Assembly (NCBI RefSeq): GCF_963921235.1
Contig: NC_086097.1
Span: 223,140,001 to 223,204,000, forward strand
Direction of reading: 5' to 3'
Length of the DNA: 64,000 nucleotides
From: Mobula hypostoma
Taxonomy: Eukaryota
The notes under the pieces are model-generated. The model was not told the origin of the DNA. It saw only the letters and a program-made list of their open reading frames with translations, and did not search any database. Shown here in pieces: positions 25,372-37,199 of the stretch. A program made the position numbers and the translations under genes. How positions within the stretch are numbered: the first letter of the stretch is position 1; each line of letters starts with the position of its first letter.

Positions 25372-25566
25372 TGTAGCGATGTGCTACACACAGCGCTAGA
25401 ATAACCACACGGAGTCGGTGAGTTAGAGTTGCGATGAAAGAGGTTTATTCAAACTTCGCGGCCCGCTTTAAAGCCTTCCCGTTCCTGCTCTTTTTGCTGC
25501 CGGCCCTCTGCCTGCGCGCACTGTTTCCTGAGCCGGTTCGTGGGTGCCAGAAAGTGGGTCGCCACA
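25372..25566 (-). repeat. 5' LTR of the Gypsy element
   Basis: Direct repeat of 21377-21571 with 6 substitutions in 195 bp. Minus strand has a TTTAAA TATA-like box and AATAAA. Confidence 0.95.
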
Positions 25567-26669
25567 ATAGCTCTCTTTAAAAATAGAACTGCAAAAGTTC
25601 ATTGTCTTACTTATTTTCAGTCATAAGTGTCTTATCCTTAACCTGGCCCCTAGATCTAGCCACTTCACTGGAAGAAACAGTTAGTTTGGTTTTTTTTAAA
25701 ACCATCTTTCAGTGAGTTAGAGCAGAACGTGCCAAGTTAGAACAATTTTTATTGAACAAACTCCTTAGCCCACTGACCTTTTTGCAATACTACCTCTGGA
25801 TGGAGGAACCATAACGGTACAGTTTGCTGTCAAAGTTATTTTAAAGGAAGATTGCACAGGCTAAACCTGTATCTAGTGCTCAGGTGCAAAGGTTCCATGT
25901 GATTGTGTGTTTGTTCTTAACATGCTGTAAATGGAGAGGATTTAGCATTTTGTGGGATAATGTTCAATAAAGTTAAAGCATCACCATTTTGGTATAGGTT
26001 CAGTTCTTTTTCCCCCCAGGGACCATGAGTCTCCGGACTCCAAAAGATGAAGTAGTATCTTTGAATATTCAAGGCAAGGGGGTGGAAGATTATTAGGGAC
26101 AAGTAGGAATGAGAAATTGTAGTTGTCAGCCACAGTTTTATTTCGTGGAGTAGGTGCCAGCAGATTCCCCATTTTCAGTGTTGGGCTTCCTTGCTCCTGG
26201 ACTCCATTTCCCCAACTTGCAATAAGAGTTGTTTTACTTGCTGCACCTGCATGTCTGCTTTTTTTCCCCCCAGACATGCCCCCAGGTCTCTTTGTTTCGA
26301 GATATTGGAAACTGCAACTCTGGAAATGTGAAAGAAGAGAAAATAACAAGGGAATTCTAAGATATGTGATGAAAAGTCATTGATCTGAAACTTAATATCT
26401 GTTGAGAAATGAAGTGATGTAAATATCCTCAGCATTTTCTGTTACTTGCTTACTGCACCATTTAACCTTCTTTTCAAATTCAGTGTTCTCACTTTACCAC
26501 ATTATATTGTCTGCCTTGTTTTCATCTGCTCAGTCTTCCTCACAATTCGCTTTCCCACTTGTATTGGTCGCAAGCTATTATTCATACTTGAAAATGGCCT
26601 GGCTCCAACAATTAGGCAGATGTAACCGACAAGTTAAAATTTGTCAACTTTGTACTAATTTGTTAAAAG

Positions 26670-27970
26670 TACGAGATTCTGTAGATGCTGGAAATGCAGA
26701 GCAACTGGAGGGACTGAGCAGGTCAGGTAGCATCTATGGAAATGAATTAACAGTCATTATTTCAAGCCAAGACCCTTCATCAGGACTAGAAAGGAGGGGG
26801 AAGATACCAGAATAAGGTGGTTGGTGGTGGGTGGGGGGGGGCGGGGGGGGGAAGGGACAAACTAAAGATGATGTGAAGCCAGGTGGAGGAGGGGGATAAA
26901 GAAGAACCTGGAAGGTGATGGGTGGAAAAGTAATCTGATAGAAGAGGGCTGATCATGGGAGAAAAGGAAAGAGGGAGGCGCACAAGAAACAGGCAGGGGG
27001 AAGAGGCAAGAGATCAGTGGGAAATGGGGGTGGGGGGGTCGGAGTCACTGTAAGTTGGAGAAATCGATGCTCATGCCATCAGGCGGGAGGCTACCCAGAC
27101 AGAAGGAGGTATTGCTGAATCATGGAGGAATTGCTCCCTTTGTGAGTCCCTTTCCCATTCACCCCTCCTAACACTTATCCCTGCAAATGAAGAAGTGTTG
27201 CACCTGCCTATTCACCTCCTTCCTTGCCTCCATTCTGGGCCCCAAACAGTCCTTCCAGATGAAGCAGCTCTTCGCCTGTGAATCTGGAGTCATCTTCTGT
27301 ACCTGATGCAGTCTGCTCTAAATTGGTGAGACTGGACGTGGATTGGGGGACTGGTTTGTTGAATGTTTCTGCTCCATCTGCAGAAAAGTCCAATTTCCTG
27401 GTGGCCATTTTGATTACTATCCCGAATCCTGTTCTGATGTGTGGTCTGTGGCCCCCTCTTCTGCCATGAAGTGACCACTCTCAGGTTGGGGGAACAACCT
27501 CGTATTCCATCTGAGTAACCTCTAACTTGATGGCATGAGCATTGATTTCTCTAGCTTCTGGTGGTTTTCTACCCCCCCCCTCCTTTCCTTTACCTCAATT
27601 CCCATTCTGGCGTCTTACTCCTTTTCACCTGTCTCTAGTTCCCCTCATCCTTCCCTTTTCCCCATGATCTGCTCTCTCCTACCAGATTCATTTTTCTCCA
27701 GCTCTGTCTTTTCCACCTCTCATCTCAGCTGCTTAGTTCATCCTCTCTTTCCCCCCCCCGCCCCCCCCCACCTGGCTTCAACTATTACCATCTAGCTTGT
27801 TCTCCTTCTCCCCTCCCATCTCTTTATCATGGCATCTTCTCCTCCTCTTCCCCCCCCCCCACCTTTCCAGTTCTGATGAAAGGTCTCAGCCCAAAGTGTT
27901 GATTGTTATTTATTTCCATAAATGTTGCTTGAACTACTGAATTTCTCCAGCATTTTCTGTGTTGCTCAGT
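26670..27970. mobile_element. Penelope-like element remnant with inverted terminal (pseudo-LTR) copies
   Basis: 26670-27110 is the diverged reverse complement of about 27500-27970. The middle has GIY-YIG remnants (LGPKQSFQMKQLFACES). Confidence 0.78.
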
Positions 27971-29816
27971 AATTTGTTTACTTCTGCTTTCTTGCCTGTC
28001 ATTTAGCAGCGTTGTAAGAAAACTGGCTACTTCCTAGTCCTGGAAGGCTTTGCCTTGTGTGCAGAATTTTTTTTTTCTGTGGAAATGAATTTGCTCATTT
28101 TAAAACTAGTACATATAGTCACATTTGTTGTTAGTCACATTCTGTTGAACAGCAGACTACCTAATGCAGAAGGAAGTGGATAACACAACTTTACAGCTGT
28201 ATCTATTGCTGAACATATTTTGAAATAGAGACAGTCCCTCTTGCATAACTCTTCCATTCATGAGAAGAGTCCTTATGCCAATTTTCTGTAAGCCAGAAAT
28301 GTCTGTTTTCTGTAGCTACCCATATCATATCACATACACTAGCTATTCTCCCAAAAACAAATTTTAATTGAAAAGATTTACAAATTGTGTGGATGCCTCA
28401 AACATCTGATTATATTCCCTTATAAAGTTTGTGAATCAAGCTCTGTCATTTCTTTATCAGCGCTAACTTGATGGAAAGGCTGCTTTGTCTACACATTTCT
28501 GGAATGTGAAATGTTTTTAACTGGCTGAGGAAAGATGACACTGATTAATCTTAAATCACATTTTTGGATTTGTCACTTGACTAATAGTTCACTTGTCAAT
28601 GTCATTCACTGTCACTGTTTGTCTGAAGTGTGGAAAAACAAAGCCTTTATTAGAGCAGTAAATCACTATTTCCCACGCCCCCATTGTTCTGTTTTTGCTA
28701 TGACAGTCTTCATAATGAATCCTTTAGGCTCTTTTTGTGACTGAGCATCGTTTAGGAATTTTAATGAATAAATGTGACACTTAGGCTAGGATATCAATAC
28801 TAAACAATATTTCTTTTGTTTCAATACACCTGTATTATGGAATCTTTTTGCTTTATTTAAACTTGACCAGAATTTGTTGCCTAATTACAATGAAGCTGTT
28901 GCATTTGCCATGGTGCCATTAGTTAATTTCTGCTGAGTTGCTTGTTCCACTTCCTCAATTGTCCACTTAATTGGCTGAGGGTGTTCTTTATGTGAATCAG
29001 GATGGCATGTGGCTGCAGTAATATCTGTACAATTGGTTTGATTGAGACTTGACAGTGCAGTTCCACGTTAGGACGAATAACTGGATAATGAGTTAGTGGC
29101 CTAGAATATGGATGCCCATTGAGATTTCAGAAGCTCTGCTCACATGGCAGTATTTGAATCCAGGCCAGCATGTTTGCAACTGTACCCTCTGACTGCAATA
29201 GTGAACTTTGGAGTATCTGTGGAATCTGAGCTCTCCATAGTCACGGAGGCTATCAGTTCTGTTTGTCCAGCTAGCAGTGGATAGCAAGTAGCACTTGTGT
29301 CATCTTGGTGTTTGTAACTAACTTAATGTTGCTTTAGTCTAACATGCTACCTTTTTGAGGGAAGCATCTTCCTACCATTATTTCACACCAGTTAACACCT
29401 GCAGACTTCCCTTTTTCTTAAACAGCAAAGGTGGTGAGGGCTGTGCAATGCCTGCATAGTGAAGAATATTGTGGTTGTGCTGAAGAGGGGATGCTGCTCT
29501 ACTTGTTGGGATTTATTTTGCTGTATTTAGTCAACCAGGTCCCTTTATTGTGGTTTGCTGCTTTGACTATTAAAAGCAGAGCTCTTGCTAGAGGAAGTGC
29601 TGGAGCAGAACAACATGTCTGAAGAGGGGGCCTGAGTAGTTATAAGCTCATGATTTTTAATTAAAAAGAAGCTAAGCAATGTATTCCACTACATAGCAAA
29701 CCCTGAGTTGTTAGCCTGAAATTTTGCAGAATATTTGTTAAGTTTTAGTTCTGAACACCTCTCGAGTGGTCTTAATCACTGTCATCTGTTATCATTGTTC
29801 ATTCTAAATTAATTTG

Positions 29817-31830
29817 TATAGAAACATAGAAAATAGGTGCAGGAGTAGGCCATTCGGCCCTTCGAGCCTGCACCGCCATTTATTATGATCATGGCTGATC
29901 ATCCAACTCAGAACCCCGCCCCAGCCTTCCCTCCATACCCCTTGACCCCTGTAGCCACAAGGGCCATATCTAACCCCCTCTTAAACATAGCCAATGAACT
30001 GGCCTCAACAGTTTGCTGTGGCAGAGAATTCCACAGATTCACCACTCTCTGTGTGAAGAAGTTTTTCCTAATCTCAGTCCTAAAAGGCTTCCCCTCTATC
30101 CTCAAACTGTGACCCCTCGTTCTGGACTTCCCCAACATCGGGAACAATCTTCCTGCATCTAGCCTGTCCCATCCCTTTAGGATCTTGTACGTTTCAATCA
30201 GATCCCCCCTCAATCTTCTAAATTCCAACGAGTACAAGCCCAGTTCATCCAGTCTTTCTTCATATGAAAGTCCTGCCATCCCAGGAATCAATCTGGTGAA
30301 CCTTCTTTGTACTCCCTCTATGGCAAAGATGTCTTTCCTCAGATTAGGGGACCAAAACTGCACACAATACTCCAGGTGTGGTCTCACCAAGGCCTTGTAC
30401 AACTGCAGTAGTACCTCCCTGCTCCTGTACTCGAATCCTCTCGCTATAAATGCCGGCATACCATTCGCCTTTTTCACCGCCTGCTGTACCTGCATGCCCA
30501 CTTTCAATGACTGGTGTATAATGACACCCAGGTCTCGTTGCACCTCCCCTTTTCCTAATCGGCCACCATTCAGATAATAATCTGTTTTCCTATTTTTGCC
30601 ACCAAAGTGGATAACTTCACATTTATCCACATTAAATTGCATCTGCCATGAGTTTGCCCACTCACCCAACCTATCCAAGTCACCCTGCATCCTCTTAGCA
30701 TCCTCCTCACTGCTAACACTGCCGCCCAGCTTCGTGTCATCCGCAAACTTGGAGATGCTGCATTTAATTCCCTCATCCAAGTCATTAATATATATTGTAA
30801 ACAACTGGGGTCCCAGCACTGAGCCTTGCGGTACCCCACTAGTCACCGCCTGCCATTCTGAAAAGGTCCTGTTTATTCCCACTCTTTGCTTCCTGTCTGC
30901 TAACCAATTCTCCACCCACACCAATACCTTACCCCCAATACCGTGTGCTTTAAGTTTGCACACTAATCTCCTGTGTGGGACCTTGTCAAAAGCCTTTTGA
31001 AAATCCAAATATACCACATCCACTGGTTCTCCCCTATCCACTCTACTAGTTACATCCTCAAAAAATTCTATGAGATTCGTCAGACATGATTTTCCTTTCA
31101 CAAATCCATGCTGACTTTGTCCGATCATTTCTCCGCTTTCCAAATGTGCTGTTATCACATCCTTGATAACTGACTCCAGCAGTTTCCCCACCACCGACGT
31201 TAGGCTAACCGGTCTATAATTCCCCGGTTTCTCTCCCTCCTTTTTTTTAAAAAGTGGGGTTACATTAGCCACCCTCCAATCCTCAGGAATTAGTCCAGAA
31301 TCTAACGAGTTTTGAAAAATTATCACTAATGCATCCACTATTTCTTGGGCTACTTCCTTAAGCACTCTAGGATGCAGACCATCTGGCCCTGGGGATTTAT
31401 CTGCCTTCAATCCCTTCAATTTACCTAACACCACTTCCCTACTAACATGTATTTCACTCAGTTCCTCCATCTCACTGGACCCTCTGTCCCTTACTATTTC
31501 TGGAAGATTATTTATGTCCTCCTTAGTGAAGACAGAACCAAAGTAATTATTCAATTGGTCTGCCATGTCCTTGCCCCCCATAATCAATTCACCTGTTTCT
31601 GTCTGCAGGGGACCTACATTTGTCTTTACCAGTCTTTTCCTTTTTACATATCTATAAAAGCTTTTACAGTCCGTTTTTATGTTCTCTGCCAGTTTTCTCT
31701 CATAATCTTTTTTCCCCTTCCTAATTAAGCCGTTTGTCCTCCTCTGCTGAACTCTGAATTTCTCCCAGTCCTCAGGTGAGCCACTTTCTCTGGCTAATTT
31801 GTATGCTACTTCTTTGGAATTGATACTATA
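29817..31830 (-). mobile_element. Young 5'-truncated CR1 LINE with an uninterrupted 559-aa RT/C-terminal ORF (29908-31587)
   Basis: KSPGPDG, GVPQGSVLGP, KFADDTKL, RPHLEYCVQFWSP. 3' tail TTCTATGTTTCTA on the minus strand. Confidence 0.96.
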
Positions 31831-32711
31831 CTTCTTTGGAATAGCAAACTCAAACCATTGAGTCCTGATAAAAGGGTCCTGACCTGAAATATTGACTCTT
31901 TATATTCTTCCGTAGATGCTGAGTTCCTCTGACATTTTGTGAGTATCTGTGTTACTTAGCAATGTTTCCTCAGGTTAACTTGTAAAGCCATGTGGAAGAA
32001 CTTGACCACATCTCATCTCAGTGCTGGATTTCACCAATCTTTTTCCTCCAGTCACATGATTGCTGATGTTTGAACATAGCCTCAAAGCTAGCAGCTAAAA
32101 TCTACCATATTTTGTCCTAAGCAGTCAGTTAAATCGTGTGTGTTTGTTTGTTTCATTGCATGCTGGTCCTACCATAACAATGACATTGGAATATAGCCAT
32201 ATCATCAGTTAAAGTGATTAGTTGAATCCTGATGGTGTAACTTTGGCTCCAAAAATCACCTTGCCTTGATGTTTAGTTAACGTCAAAGCTAGAGTATGAC
32301 TATATCATGTGGTATACAGAGTTAACCTCCTACTGGGATGTAATAATATGCAAACTTAATACCACCTGCTGATTTGGATCAATTGATGGTAATTCTTGTG
32401 ATATTAAGTATTTTAAGTGTTTTACATGGTTGGCTGTGTTCCAACAGCCAGAAATAAACCCTCTTCTAAATGTCTATGGAATAACTGACGATGTATTAAC
32501 CTGGTCAGGCAGCTGAATGGTACAGATAAAGTGTTTGGTGTTGCTCAAGGACTTTGGGTGGGGGGAAGACCTTGTGATTTCTCAGGATTCCTGATGGTTT
32601 GCAAACTGCATACATTTGCATTCTACATCAAATTTTTTTGGTTAGTTTTGAAAATGTAATTTTCTTTGAAACTTAAGTGCATTTCTTCTAAATTAAATTT
32701 CAATCTCTAAA

Positions 32712-32850
32712 CGGAACTGACGAAGGGTCTCGGCCCAAAACGTCGACTGTACCTCTTCCTATAGATGCTGCCTGGCCTGCTGCGTTCACCAGCAATTTTT
32801 ATGTGTGTTGCTTGGAATTCCAGCATCTGCAGATTTCCTCGTGTTTGCAT
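32712..32850 (+). mobile_element. Short PLE-derived 3' repeat (SINE-like) starting at the hammerhead motif
   Basis: CTGACGAAGGGTCTCGGCCCAAAACGTCGACTGTACCTCTTCCTATAGATGCTGCC... Related copies at 712-802(-), 31860, 34505, 48194 and 63816-64000. Confidence 0.8.
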
Positions 32851-34803
32851 TTCTAAACATTGTTTGCTCTGATTTCTTCTATGTGCCAGGTTTCAACACA
32901 AGGTGACCTGTAAGTGCTATATAGAAGTATGGAAAGATGGCACTTTCCAACTTGACCAGGAACCTTGTGGGTTTAATGACTAAAGCAGTACCCTCCCTCT
33001 GCTTCTAGTTGGGCTTCTGTGAGGCTTATCTGTTTCAATGTACAGGCAATCCCCAACTTAGACACCCCTATATGAGAATGAGAGCTGATGTTATTAAGTT
33101 CAGAAGTCCCAGTGTACACTCTGATTGTTCCAACAGCAGAACTAGTTTCCTCTCTCCACTTGTCATAATTGTTTCTCATCTTTCCTGTAGTATTTGTTAT
33201 CATTTTTCATATTAGTGTGCAGTAGTGTGGCAGTATGGTCACCATGTTGAGTTTTAATGGCAACATTCCGATTTGTGGACAAAATTGGCTTAGGCATGTC
33301 TAAAACAAATCTTCTCTGAGAATGGTCTGTACTCACATTGGATGGCTTCATCTTGGGAGAGGTGGATGGGAGTGGGGTATGGCATGAATAACTTTGCATT
33401 AAAGGATGAGCTTCAAACTAGTTTACCAAGACTGGGTGCAGTTTGGGAATGTGGACTCCAAACTTGCATGTAAGGATGTGTGATGTCCTTGCCACCAAGC
33501 AAAAGGCAAATAACTTGCTACTCACCTAAGACTCCTAGGGAACTAAATGATATGGTGCACATTTGCTGTTGGATAGATCACTTTGGTACTATTAAGCCCT
33601 ATGCTTGCATTAAGAAATCCCATGAGAATGGCTGTTCGCAGCTAATTGCTTCCATCTCTATTCCTGCCTGGCAATCATCTGTGCAAGCATAGCAATAGTT
33701 GGCCGACTGGTGGTTTGAGCCTCTTGAGTCAAATGTTGTGTCAAATCTGCCAGTGCAACCTTGAAGGGAGCAAGAAAACATGTCTGTTGTGTCATGATGG
33801 AATGCTTTGACTCAACCGTGACAATGTAGTTTATATTCTCTGGGCTTTGTGACAATGCAAGAGTTGAACACTGACTATGGTTCGCACAACTACAGCAAAA
33901 TGTTAATAATGGATCTTGCTGCCTGTAGTGTTTTTATGTATAGTCATTGTTCTTTGTAATCATGATTAAGCCTCAAATGCCTTTTTTAGGCTGACTACAG
34001 TCTGCTAATCACAAATTTTCATTGCTGTTTATCATAGTGTTGTCTAGATTTGACACTGTGACAGTGCTCATGGTTGCAGAAGGGTCTCTGAATCTGAGAG
34101 CATTGCCTAATGTTGCTATTTTTTTAAAAGAAGCTGTTGTGGTCTCTACATCTCTATTCCACTCAATATAGCAATTTAGCAGATTTGGTCAGCTGAGACC
34201 ACTATCATGAATGGGAGATGACTATCAAAAGCACAGTTGATCCTTTTGGGCACTCAGCAATTTAAGCTCTGGGACAACTGCAAGTTTTGCTCGAAGAAAG
34301 TCAGCCCTTATGAGTGGGTCATCAACACTTGGAGGGATAGCTCTCCTCTCCTATCAAATTACTACTTCTCCAGCTTTGAACCTTTCCCACCCACATGACT
34401 TCAGCAATCACTGTCCAACAAGCTGCCTTCACCTCCCTCACTGCCTTTCTATTCTAGCATTTCTTTTCTCTTCCCCCCCCCCCCCACCCTCCAAACTTCC
34501 ATTTCAGTCTTGAAGAAGGGTCTTGGCCAAAAATGTCAACTAGTGGCCATTGATGCTGCCTGACCTGCTGAGTTCCTCCAGCAGTTTGTGTGCATTGCTT
34601 AATATTTGCTTTATTTGCTTTGTTTATTTGTGGTTTGCATGGGATGCGCAGAGTGTGCCTTAATTTTACTTGTTTTTTGGTATCTTAGTACTTCAGGTTG
34701 AGTTCAGGTATATGTGATTTCATCCCAGACTAATCACATAGACTCTGATTGTGGCAAGGCTTTAATGTTATGGACTACGAAGCAAAGTTGGGCAGTATCT
34801 TTG

Positions 34804-35097
34804 GAAACATGGAAACATAGAAAACAGGTGCAGGAGTAGGCCATTCGGCCCTTCGAGCCTGCACCGCCATTTAGTATGATCATGGCTGATCATCCAACTC
34901 GGAACCCTGTACCGGACTTCCCTCCATACCCCCTGATCCCTTTAGCCACAAGGGCCATATCTAACTCCCTCTTAATATAGCCAGTGAACTGGCCTCAACT
35001 GTTTCCTGTGGCAGAGAATTCCACAGATTCACCACTCTGTGTGAAGAAGTTTTTCCTAATGTCGGTCCTAAAAGGCTTCCCCTTTATCCTCAAACTG
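34804..35097 (-). mobile_element. CR1 3' end, same family as 29817-31830
   Basis: Near-identical to 29821-30110. Confidence 0.92.
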
Positions 35098-37199
35098 AAC
35101 CAATGCATCCTCTCTGATTTGAGCTCTGCTTTCCATGTACATTTTGAGCAGAAGGTCAGTAAAATGACACTACCTGGTCTGACTCTCTGTACCTGTGACA
35201 GATTAAACTCGTATGGTAATGACACATCAGATCAGCCTGCCTTACAGTGGTGGGCTCAGGAGTCCATGACTGTGTCCTTGTATTCGGTTTGGACCAGTTG
35301 GCTGGAGTATTTGCAGACACCATTAACCACTCCTATTTCAGCTTTAAGAAGATCAGTACAGTTGCTGATACTTATTTTCATCAACAAAATAAATGTTTGT
35401 TTCAATAGCCGGCTAAATGTGACAAATTATCTACAACTTTCTGAATCTTGTGCATTTTCTCATGACCCTGCCTGAAGGCCTGCTCCAACCTCGCTGCAGC
35501 ACAGAGCCTTTGTCTAAAATAGTAGATGTAGGGGAGTGGAGGCAGAATGAGCTGCACCACAGATGGTGAAACCTTAAAACAAATTGGTGATCGGGCAGCA
35601 TTGGTGCAGAACTGTAATGCTTAATGTCAGTATTGACATAGATATCTGAAAGCTCTGTAATGTTCAAGATCTTGGGTGGGGATGAAATGGAATGCTGGAA
35701 ATGGGCAACAATTGATTTGTTTTGTAGGCTTGATTTGAAAATGTTGAATTTGACACCTAGGGGTTGTAAAATGACATGTTTGAAGTTGAGGTTGTCTTGC
35801 AAGAAGTCAGAGTTGCTATGGGTGAAGATTTTAAACTCTGATGGCTCACCAAGCCACCACCCAAACGGGTTTTTGAAATGTTTGTATTTCAGTCTTTCAG
35901 ATTTTTAAACTATTAAATGCACAATTGCTAGTCAACTAAATTATATTAATCCCAATTAACTCAAAATTTGGCTTTCTTGAAGTGCTTTCTCTCATGAATC
36001 TGTTGTTCCCGTGAGGACTCAACAGCAGAGAGTCATTGGCAGATCTGCAGTTAACATGGTTGGGAAGCTTGGGACTCTTATATTGTAGGAGTCCTGAACT
36101 TCCTGACATTATTAGTAAATTGAGATACACAGCATTAACTAGTCAAGGTTACAAATTAAGTACCTAGTATTGTACTGTTTTTTAAAAAATTCTGGTTGTT
36201 ACTTCTGTCTGCACCCTGTTTTTATGCCATTTCAAACTTTAAGCTGTTTTTCTTCACGTGCTGTTGGTATAATTCTCAGCATTTTTGTGCACTTGCCAAG
36301 CTATTAGCTAATCATACATGCCAGCAGCATTTGGTGTCCAATTTTGTTTAATGCTTTTTAGTTTAAGCTAGAATTTTGGTCATGCAATAATGGCTCATGA
36401 CACTGAGTCTTTTAAATTCTGAAAATTCAGTGCATTTTTCTCTTGGAAAAATGTATCTAAATGTCTTTCATAATTGTCTTAGATTTCCCCCCCATCCCCA
36501 ACAACCCTACCAAAATGTTAGGTTAGTTATCTTGGAATAGTTTTGCAATAATTTCCCTGGGATTGTGTGCCTTGGATGTGGTGTTAACTTAGTATAATTG
36601 ATAAGTAAATGGATCATTGTTGAAAATATTATGAGATGCTGTTGGAGTTCACCTTTAATGAGTTTTGACATGTCCTGTCCTTTCTGTTCAATGGCCCCTT
36701 GTAATTTAATGACAATGATCTTGTTAGGTAAGTGATTAAACAACAAATAGATATGATTGAGGAAAATTGTGTTCAGAGGTGAATACTGCTTTCCCATCTG
36801 AAGGAAACCACTTAACCTTACCATTTTTAACCATTAACATAATTTGTAGGTTAAAGTATTGTGTACCATGGTATTTTTAAATGACATGTTTTTTTTTGCA
36901 ATCGTTAACATTGATTATTTGCAACAGATCTTAGAAGTAAACTTTAAATACTTCTATCTATTTCAACATGAGAAGTAAGCAGTAAATAACCCCAAATCAA
37001 AGCCTAGGAGTCATCTTCACTGAGTTGACTTTTTATTTGTTTTCCAGACCTTTTCCATTTGTGGCAGTGCCATTTTTAATTTTAAACCTAAGCATTCCTA
37101 TCCATTTACATTTTGGGCACATGCAAATGCTGAAACTAAAACTGACTTAATTCATTGGAGCAGCCGCAAGCTGTTCTAGGTAATCAGCTCAATCATAAT

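Larger units (their letters stand above)
21377..25566 (-). mobile_element. Full-length, defective Ty3/Gypsy LTR retrotransposon of CsRn1/Kabuki type
   Basis: Two 195-bp LTRs with TGT...ACA ends, 4-bp TSD ATAG (21373-21376 and 25567-25570), tRNA-Trp PBS, poly-G PPT, gag with a CHCC knuckle, and PR-RT-RH-IN domain order. High GC against AT-rich flanks. Confidence 0.96.

Noticed and set aside
21439..25399. Numerous plus-strand and alternative-frame ORFs across the Gypsy element
   Set aside because: Expected in GC-rich sequence antisense to gag-pol. No recognisable domains and no env-like ORF.
35150..35172. AGGTCA half-site as a possible retinoic acid response element
   Set aside because: The second half-site (ATGACA) does not fit RGKTCA. 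No convincing DR1/DR2/DR5 element was noticed by eye.
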